Shown here one piece after another: positions 55,056 to 64,000 of a DNA stretch of 64,000 bases. The notes beneath the pieces were generated by a model that did not search any database, was not told the DNA's origin, and worked only from the letters and a program-made list of their open reading frames with translations. This stretch comes from an uncultured Methanosarcinaceae archaeon (GTDB lineage: Archaea > Halobacteriota > Methanosarcinia > Methanosarcinales > Methanosarcinaceae). Numbering within the stretch: position 1 is the first letter of the stretch; each line of letters starts with the position of its first letter. The translations under genes were made by a program, and so were the position numbers. The stretch is from contig CAVRJG010000015.1 of assembly GCA_963721455.1 (NCBI GenBank), positions 132,499 to 196,498 of the forward strand, read 5' to 3'.

Positions 55056-56470
55056 GTATCCTCTTCAAATTGAGTGGAAAGCTTTCAATTTCAACTCAAT
55101 GAGCTTTTTCTCTAATGAGTTGAGCCAAAGATGGCATCTCAAATGTATTGCTCACTCTATCACATATGTACTGATATGCACTTATACTCAGTTTCTTTGC
55201 AGTCTGAACAATCGTCATAAATATGTCGTTTGCCTTTGTCCCTTCATCTGTTATGGTTTGAAGGCTCACATCTCTTTTTCTAACCTTTGCTCTCGCCGCT
55301 AGTTCCGCTGCATTGTTATGCAGTGGAACTTCTGGTAAAACCAGTACTTTTAACAGATGTCCCTTGTTCTCTTTCGTCTTACCTATTCTTTCATCCAACT
55401 GTTCATATCCTGTTATAGTCGAAAACAATTGATCAAACTTAATGGATAATTGCTCCGCTACCTCTGAATCTGGTTTTATTCTAAACTCACAAAGTTCCCC
55501 ATAAAAGTCCCAGTACCTGTCCAGAAAAGCTTCCAGCTTTTCTTTAAAATAAGGTACTATTGGCCTCAATTTCTTGTAGTTTCTCCCATCATGAATCCAA
55601 CAAAGAGCATGATGTGATGCAATCTGCTTGAATTGACGTGCATCATCACTCAGAAGTGTGGTAACCACAGGTATGTCTGTACTTTGATGATATGCCGCAA
55701 TTGCACAGGCTTCAAGAACTTTCTTCTTAGTAGTTTTATACCCTTTGAGTGAGAAAACACAATCCAGTTTTCGACGCATTTCTTCATCACTGAATATTTT
55801 GTTTTTAAAAGAAGAGAGCTTTTCCATCCAGATTTGGGAAACATTAAACGTTTCCATCAGATCAAATGCTTCATCATTAAAGCAGTACGTTTTTTCTTTT
55901 CCACATAGAAGTATATCTAAAATGGTTTCCCTATTCTTATTGGGAACTGTAAAATAAGCAGCATAATAAGGATTACAAAGAATTTGAGTATAGTGATTGA
56001 CACCATTGACTCTTGCACCTGTATCATCAATCTGCTGATAAGGCGTAGCCTTAAGACCCTCAAGAAAAATCTCAGCTTTTTCCTGATGGAAGATATCAGT
56101 ATCTTTTGTCAAAATTCGAGAAATAGTGGCTCTGGATATATGAACACCAATATTTTCCAGAAATTCATGTATTTTGGGCTCTGAAACATTAGCAACATGG
56201 TTAAGAGTGATTATAAGAGATTTGATTCCAGGGCCAAATTCACCTTTGATACCATGTGGCAATTCTCCTGAATATGTTTTATGCTCAGAAGGATAATAAA
56301 ATATCTCTATCCTGTAGTTGGTGTTCACAGGCTTTATGGATATATCCTGAATTATTACGTCCCTATAACCTTTAGGATACACATCACTGGGTAAAACGGA
56401 TCTATCAACTTTACATGTTTCAGTTCGGTGAACCTCTATTTTATCAAGTTTTGATTTAGATTCTGTGTCC
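55056..56470 (-). mobile_element. IS66-like transposase, 5' truncated
   Basis: QIDDTGARVNG, LSDDA.QF, LCWIH..R, LHNNAAE...R..V.KR; no intact N-terminus. Confidence 0.78.
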
Positions 56471-56726
56471 TGAATAATGATTAAAAATGGCTAATATCAA
56501 GAATTGAAGAGAATTAGAATAATTTTCAGACCCGTTTTAAATATATTTTGTATTTTTATGTAAAAATAATAAAAGAAGTTTTACATTTAGAGTGTTTACT
56601 GGACTAAAATCCTCATTCTGCATAATTCTATTTTTAAGACAGGTGATATAAAATAAGTAAGAGGCTTTAGGGGTCATGAAGACCCCCTATAAGATAACTT
56701 TTTCATTTTTGGTTTCCCGGTGAACT

Positions 56727-58812
56727 TTACCAGATCACCGGCCTCTCACTCTCTGGCTTGTAGAGTTTATCCCCTGGCTTTACGTTCGGGAACGCCTTGT
56801 AAAACTCAGGCATATTGAAAACCACGCCGTTGACCCTGAACCTGCTGGGCGAGTGGGTATCGGTCAGTGTTAGCATCCTCAGGTATTCGTTCGTGTTCGA
56901 TTCCCCCCATATCTGGGCAAAGCTTAAGAAGAACCTCTGATCTCCAGTAAATCCATCGATCATCTCCGGCTCTCCTTTTGATGAGAGCTTATAGGCGTGG
57001 TAGGCCATGGTCAATCCGCCGAAGTCTGCTATGTTCTCCGTCAGTGTCAGGTTGCCGTTTACGTATAGGCCGGGCAGGACCTCGAACCTGTTGTACTCGT
57101 CCACCAGAACGGCAGTGCTTTTGTTCGAAGTTATCGGCATCTTTTGGCGTCCACCAATCCGTCAAATTTCCACATGCATCGAATTTCCTGCCCTGGCTAT
57201 CGAAGTGGTGAGTTATCTCGTGTCCTATGATAAAGCCTATGGCACCGTAATTGACTGCATCATCGGCGTCCTTGTTGAAGAAGGGAGGCTGTAGAATGCC
57301 CGCCGGGAAGACTATGATGACCTTATTAGGTTCAGCATATGCATTAGTCTCTTGAGGTATCGTCAACCAGAGCTCGCGATCTACAGGCTTGCCTATCCTA
57401 TCCAGGCCATAGGAACTGTGGTGGAACTGGAATTTAGAGGCCCTGATGGTATTATTGACATATGAATCGTTCTTCACTTCAAGCTCTGAATAATTTAGCC
57501 ATTCGTCGGGGTAGCCTATCTGGACATCAAGAGCCTCAAGCTTCATGAGGGCTTTCTTCTTGGTTTCAGGCTCCATCCATGTTAGGTTTTGAATTCTTTC
57601 CCTTTGGGCCTTCTTAAGGTTGGATACCATATCCTGTATCTTGGCCTTGGAACCTGGATCGAAATACCTGTCCACATAGACATGGCCTATGGCCTCACCC
57701 ATTGCTTTGTTTTCTGCATCAATAACTATCTTCCAGCGGGGCTTCATCTCCTGCAGGGCAATGGGTCTTATCCCATAGAAATTAAAGTGCTCCCTTTGCA
57801 GGTCGGAGCTGAGATAGGGGGACGTGGCTAAAATCAGCTTCCAGCGCAGGAAGGTCTTCCAGTCATCTATGCTCTCGTCCTGAAGGGCGGTGCTCATCTC
57901 CTTGAAATAAGACGGGTTTCTGACGTTGACCTCAGCTACGTCCGGGCGACCCAGGACGCTGAAGAAATGAGACCAGTTCATGCCTGGAGCAAAAGCCTGA
58001 AGCTCCTCCAGGCTCATCTTGTTATACGTTTTGATCTTATCTTTATTGTCCACGTTATTGAAGGATGCATTGGCCAGCCTGGTCTCTATCTTCATCACGG
58101 TCCTGGCATTATCCTCAGCAACCTTTGGGCTATCGCCTAGATAGACGAACATCTTGGCAACGTGAGCCAGATACAGCTCTCTGGTACTGATAGATTCGTT
58201 ATCCTGCCTGAAATAGAAATCTCTATCTGGGAGACCGAGACCTCCCTGAGTAAGGGTGGCGATCATGACCTTGCTGTTCTTATCGTCTGGTGCGGCGTAC
58301 ATGGAGAAGAAGGGGTCCATACCATAGTCCATCATTTGCGTAGATACGGTTTGAATATCGGAAGTGTTGGAGATATTGTCTATCAGCTTCAATTTGTCTT
58401 TTATGGGATCCAGACGCTGCTTTTCCAGGGTGGTATTATCCATTCCCACGCGGTAGAACTCCCCGATCTTCTGCTCGAGGCTTCCCTCAGGGGCAGAGGT
58501 GTTGTTGGCTGCGCTCTCCACTATTGTTTTGACGCGGTCGTAGGTTCTGTCATCTGCTATATCGAACTCTCCGTATCGGGATTTGTCCGCAGGCACAGGA
58601 TGACTTTTTATCCAGGCTCCCTCAGCATACTCATAAAAGTCGTCTCCAGGTTTTACTGAGAGATTCATGCTCCCGGGATCGAATGCGTCCTCATATCCGG
58701 AGGCACTCATGTTGCCCATTGAAGTTTCAGAAGAACCAAAAGCCACAAGTGTTAAAGCGTTAATTAGTACGATGCCAAGGGCGAATAAACATATTACTCC
58801 CTTCCTCTTCAT
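56727..58812 (-). pseudogene. Secreted M13 (neprilysin/PepO-like) metallopeptidase with one apparent +1 frameshift
   Basis: PGDDFYEYA.G.W, NAY, FPAGILQPPFF, NYGAIG..IGHEITH, ENIAD, HSP..FRVNG; break at about 57126. Confidence 0.88.
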
Positions 58813-59057
58813 GCTCCCTCACTCCTACCACTTTTTATTTTTTAGTTGCACGCATTCACCTGATTACTCAAAATATCCCTTAAGATCAGAGGAGATTGCT
58901 GCGTTGAATGACCTTTTCTCGAGAAGATTCATTATTAATATACGAGATAAATATTAATATAAAAACCATAAACATAGTGTAAAAATGGCAGAATTTAGGA
59001 TACATACCAAGACCTTAAGTTAATATCACTTTTTTTCATGGACGACGACACACTATT

Positions 59058-59203
59058 GGATCCTATCCGAAAATTGTCGCGATCTACGTAACTTTTGCAA
59101 TAGGCAATACAAATAACCGGAAAAGATAATCTATATTACAGATCTTTACAGATCTTCTATAACTTCTATAACATGCCATTATTGATCTTTTCGGATAGGC
59201 TCT
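59058..59203. mobile_element. MITE with IS5-type ends (cctatccgaaaa / ttttcggataggctct)
   Basis: Inverted ends match the IR at 62667-62682. Confidence 0.7.
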
Positions 59204-59515
59204 AAGTGTTACCTGTAGGATAGCTGCATTTTACCTAAAATTTAGTTTTTTGTGCTTACGTCAGAAGTAAGACTAATGGCTTTTTCTTTTAATAGCCTTC
59301 ATTCTAAGCTAAAATGCTTTTGTCTCAGATGATCCTGTAATTTTTTTAGAATTTTGAGAGCTGTTTGAGAACTAAAAGGAATATAATATTAGACTGATAT
59401 CTAGAAAGATCCACTTTTTATATTAATGTTTTTCTTTTAATAGTATATTTTATCTATTTGTTTTTCAATATATGTATGTTATTATAATACAAAACATCAT
59501 ACGAGGGGTCTTAAA

Positions 59516-60538
59516 ATGAAAGAAATGACACTTGACAAAAAATGCAGGGGGAATACTCCCATGAAAATTTTATGCATGATAACGCTGACGCTTTTAATGC
59601 TTGTGAATATTGCAGGCGCGGCGCCATTTGCATATATTACTAACATGGGCAACAATACTACTTCTGTAATTGACATAGCAAACAATAATGTTACAGCCAC
59701 CGTGCCTGTAGGAACCAGTCCATGGGGAGTTGCAGTCAGTCCGGATGGATCAAAGGTGTACGTGGCGAACAATAACAGTAACGATGTCTCTGTAATTGAC
59801 ACAACAAAAAACACTGTTATAGATACGGTGAAAGTAGGAACCAATCCATCTGGAGTTGCAGTCAGTCCGGATGGAACAAAGGTATATGTGGCGAACTATG
59901 GTAACAGTAATATTTCTGTAATTGACACCTCAAACAATACTGTTACAGCCACAGTGCCTGTAGGAGTCTATCCCGCTGGTGTTGCAGTTAACCCGACGGG
60001 AACAACGGTATACGTGGCAAGCTCAGCCTATATTGAGAACATGACTTACAACAGTAATCTCTTTGTAATTGACACTGCAGCAAACAATATTACAGCCACG
60101 ATACCTGTAGGAAATGGTCCTATTGGAGTTGCCGTCAGTCCAGATGGGAATAAAGTATATGTGGCGAACCTCTTTAGCAACACTACCTCTGTAATTGACA
60201 CAATGAACAACAGTGTTATAGCCACTGTGCCTGTAGGAACCGGGCCCTGGGGAGTTGCAGTCAGTCCGGATGGACAAAAAGCATATGTAGCGAATTTATT
60301 TAGCAACACTACCTCTGTAATTGACACAATGGACAACACTGTTAAAGCCACAGTGCCTGTAGGGGCCTATCCTTCTGGAGTTGCAGTCACCCCAGATGGA
60401 ACAAAAGCATATGTGGTGAACGCAGAAGGAACTGTCTCTGTAATTGACACAACAAACAACACTGTTATAGCCTCGGTGAAAGTAGGAGATTTCCCTCTTG
60501 TCATTGGGCAGTTTATAGGGAAGGGACCAGCACAGTAA
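59516..60538 (+). CDS. YVTN beta-propeller surface protein, 7 blades
   Basis: Signal peptide, repeated SVIDT..N.V.ATVPVG..P.GVAVSPDG.KVYVAN. Confidence 0.92.
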   Translation: MKEMTLDKKCRGNTPMKILCMITLTLLMLVNIAGAAPFAYITNMGNNTTSVIDIANNNVTATVPVGTSPWGVAVSPDGSKVYVANNNSNDVSVIDTTKNTVIDTVKVGTNPSGVAVSPDGTKVYVANYGNSNISVIDTSNNTVTATVPVGVYPAGVAVNPTGTTVYVASSAYIENMTYNSNLFVIDTAANNITATIPVGNGPIGVAVSPDGNKVYVANLFSNTTSVIDTMNNSVIATVPVGTGPWGVAVSPDGQKAYVANLFSNTTSVIDTMDNTVKATVPVGAYPSGVAVTPDGTKAYVVNAEGTVSVIDTTNNTVIASVKVGDFPLVIGQFIGKGPAQ

Positions 60539-60732
60539 CATTACCCTGTAAATTGACATAGCTACAAAAACGATTGAATACGCGGTTAAGGTAGGACACA
60601 GTCCTGTGCCTTTGAGTAGTTAATGGTTACTCCTGGAAGACCTTTTCCAGGATCAATATTTTATTCTTAGGTTTTGTAGAAATCCCTAATTTAATGCTTC
60701 ATATTATTTCTACAATTTTCTCATTTTTATTA

Positions 60733-60865
60733 TAGAGCTGATCCCAAAACTCAAAATTGCTTCTCTGAATCTCGAATTTGGAATAATTGCTCAAGTTCTG
60801 ATTATGAAAATAATCCTAATACTTTTATTGATGTGGAAATAAAATTGGTTTTGGGATGAGTTCTA
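60733..60865. mobile_element. MITE with ATCCCAAAAC-type termini
   Basis: tagagctgatcccaaaac ... gttttgggatgagttcta, 16/18 inverted match; second copy at about 26.0 kb. Confidence 0.72.
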
Positions 60866-61989
60866 GCACTGTCTGTATTTTCTTTTCGACTTTTTTCACT
60901 TTAATCTGTGACTTCTCTATAAAGGATTCGGGTTTCTGATACTCTTGCAGGTGAAGTCACAGATTACACTCGGGCTGGTTGCTCTGATGGTTACGGCTGA
61001 ATGCTGGCGTATGTGATGACGAACGTGAAGGTGAGCATGAGGAGCATAAATCCAAAGGCGAATTTGTTTGCTTTTATGATTCTATGAGGTCATTTATTTT
61101 GCTTTTAGTCATGGTTGTAACAATGCACTAAACCTATTGGGTTTTTTCAGGCTTTCTGGCTTGCTTCGAGTGCGTAAGTCCTAAATGATTTGGGTACACG
61201 ACCGTATTTTGAGGGCGGCTTTTTTGACATTGAACCGGGTGGTAATCGGCAGAAAACCTTCTATTCCTATAGTCTCTTGAATAACTGAGTTCAAAGCAAC
61301 ATATTCTGGAGTTCAAAACTTAGAATATGAAATTTACAAAGTCGGATACAAAAATAGTAGACCAGTAATAAAAATAGTTTCAAAACTCTGGAATCTGGAA
61401 AGGAGGTAAATGTTACGGTAACTACCCTTATTCCGTGCAGACGGTTCTGCGTCACAATTCAGGAAAAAGCGGAAAAACGTTGATTTGATAACGCATTAAA
61501 TATATTATAACAGATGACCCCGCTAACGTTCCCCAAAAAGTATTTTTTATTATGGCATTTGCAGGCTTTATTTTTATATGGATTATAGACCGCATAAAAA
61601 AATATTACACGTTATCAAAAACGGAAACAACAGCAGTGGAAATAGCAATGATATTCGCCATAACTTTGTTCTGATAAGCTTTTCAGCAGGATGGGTCCAA
61701 GTTTCTTTCAAGGAATAGGTTATAATGTAAGCGATGCCAGCTCTGATACAATCAGCGCTTTTGATGCACCCAGTTTATTTGCTAGTTCAATATTAGCAGC
61801 AGCACTCGGATATATGTCTATAGAAAATATCACGAAATAAACCAGAGGAAAAAGCCGGAGAACGATAAAAATACATTTTCAAAGGCTTGAATTTCCGGAA
61901 ATACTGGATGAAAGAGATAAATCAGGCAAAAAAATCAGGCTTTTCTTCAAACTGATAAAGGAAAGTTTTTCCAAGAAATGGATATTCAA

Positions 61990-62682
61990 AAATTATAGCC
62001 CACATTCCATAGATGTACACAGATGTAGAATTTATTTGCCGATTTGCCCAAAATTATCCCTCACAGGATGGGTTAATTTTTCAACTCTTGCCATATGGAG
62101 ATAATTGATGGTATTTTTGTGTACATCTGCGGAATGTGAATTATAGTATCTAAGGTCTTTTTTACAAGCTTTTTATCGTGATTGGCTCCATCTACCGTTA
62201 CTGAAAATGGTATTTCCTTTACCATCAGTTAAAATACTCATTTTTGTGCCTTTTTTGCCACGGTCAGCAGGATTAGCTCCAGTTCCACCTAATGGTAATT
62301 TTGTCATAGAGCAATCAATTTATTGTCATTCCCACTCTGGGCCTTTTTCTGTATCATATTCAACAAGAACAGCTATCCACATGCTCTCAAATGAGCCTGA
62401 TCTTTGCCATTTCTGAAATCGATTATGAAAGGTACTTGGAGCTCCATAAAATCTTGGCAACGATTTTCATTGGCAGCCATTATGAAGAAGATAAAAAATA
62501 CCGCTCATTATTATCTTATCAGCTTTCTAGGTCTTCAGCCTTCTTTTTAGGCTTAGGCAATGGTAGTAGGTTCTATTTCTTCCAGAATTCATCAGAGATC
62601 TCGGGGTCGTGCGAGATTTTACGTTTTGTCATTAAAAAACATCACCTTGCAACGTAATTCCTATACTTTTCGGATAGGCTCT
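61990..62682 (-). pseudogene. Decayed IS5-family element
   Basis: MTKRKISHDPEISDEFWK (ATG 62632), RGKKGTK.SILTDGKG.P.SV.VDGAN fragments with many stops; IR at 62667-62682. Confidence 0.72.
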
Positions 62683-62870
62683 TAGATAAGTTTTGAGTAC
62701 AAATAATTATTTTGTACATGTAGGGTTTTAATAAGGGATTGAAATACAATCAAAATTTTGTAAGATGATCGTATTTTTTTCCTTTTGTTTGTCAAATTCT
62801 AATTAATTATTCGGAATTGTTTTTCCGAATCATCTAATTAGACTGAGTCTATACTAAATTAATTAATTAA

Positions 62871-63758
62871 TTAATTAATTATGTTGTTGTAAATGTTTAC
62901 ATTAGTTCCTTTTGAATTTTCGTGTGCTATTGCAGGACCAGCTACATCCCGGAATTTGTTGCCATAAACTTCGATGTTTGTAAGTTTGTCTTCCAATTGC
63001 AGGCCTGCATATCCAAAGCCATAGGAGGTACAATAGTTATTTGCAAAGACTCCATTGGTGACGGTATCGAATCGAGTAGACGAATTGCTCCTGTTAATAA
63101 ATTTACAATTCTTAACTGTTATGTTTTTCACATCATAGGCATAAACACCGGCGTGTCCAGGATAATTTACAGTCACCGAATCGATTAGTACATTGCTCGA
63201 CTCTGAAGTAAGCACAGCATCATTACATCCATTCTTAAACAGGCAACTTTCAATAGTCAATCCATTGACACCTACGAGAGTTGCCATATTATAACAGGAT
63301 GTCCCAAGCCTAATTCCAGGATAATAATCAGACTGACTCCCATCAACAGTTAGGCTTCTTATTGTAACGTCTGCTGCAGAATTGCCTCTAATCATAAGCA
63401 TGGCTTTTGACTCTGAAAGATCACTGCCGGGTCCACCCCACACGGGCAATCCAGGGGCTAGCTTAATTGTTACACCTGAATCTCCTTGAAGGACAGTATT
63501 GCTGCCTATAAGAAGAGATTCACCTATAATATATGTGAATGGACCTTTGAGGTGGACAGTCGTGCCTGGATGGTTTGCTGCATAATCAGAGCCTGGTTAA
63601 TCTGCACATGATCGTCATTTCCATCACAGTTGAAATCTCCACTTCCGTCTCCGGCAACGGTTACTACTCTGATTATTCTCTCCGCCTAATACAGGGGGTA
63701 CGGTTGTTAAATTAAGGCATGCTACTAGGAATAAGATCCCTAGATGTCTTTTTAGCAT
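62871..63758 (-). pseudogene. Secreted right-handed beta-helix protein, frameshifted
   Basis: Signal peptide at 63758, VAGDGSGDFNCDG.DDHVQINQAL, TVHLKGPFTY, parallel beta-helix repeats; two frame breaks at about 63675 and 63590. Confidence 0.78.
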
Positions 63759-64000
63759 CGTATCGCCTTTGGGTTCAATTCGTTTAGATTAAGAGCCTAT
63801 CCAAGAGTAGAATATTCGATGCAAGGTAATGGTTACAAACCCACAAAATCAAATCCACCAAATCAAGTTTTTCATTATCGGATTGACAAAGTGTCTCGAC
63901 AGTTTGTGGGAGAGAACAGGCTTGTTTGATTGATGCAACTTGAGGGCTCTGTTATTCTGTTGTGCAACTCAACCCATTCCCTGTCAATAGAAAGACGTTA

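Overview
Archaeal chromosomal window that looks like Methanosarcina, inferred from DUF1608 S-layer domains, PGF-pre-PGF/PGF-CTERM, YVTN propellers, PAS/PocR kinases and characteristic MITEs. The left part is mostly housekeeping: topA, a beta-CASP nuclease, DUF460, rio2, cax, a GT4/GH130/GT4-PMI sugar operon, an RNase Z-like gene and tRNA-Leu(TAA). The middle has a sensor kinase, an IS1-family element, redox genes, mscL, modABC and a flippase. The right part is accessory: a complete group II intron, surface repeat proteins, IS1/IS5/IS66 remnants, MITEs and an M13 peptidase. The best novel candidate is a family of four paralogous hairpin elements at 35.0-37.2 kb. Each has GGGCATC...GATGCCC-type arms around a C/U-rich loop and its own minus-strand TATA box, which suggests a multicopy sRNA family. 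Other points of interest are a pair of long related hairpins at about 54.1 kb, a secreted decapeptide-repeat protein, and a recurrent pattern of +1 insertions that may be sequencing error rather than true pseudogenes. All calls are by eye; no database searches were run.
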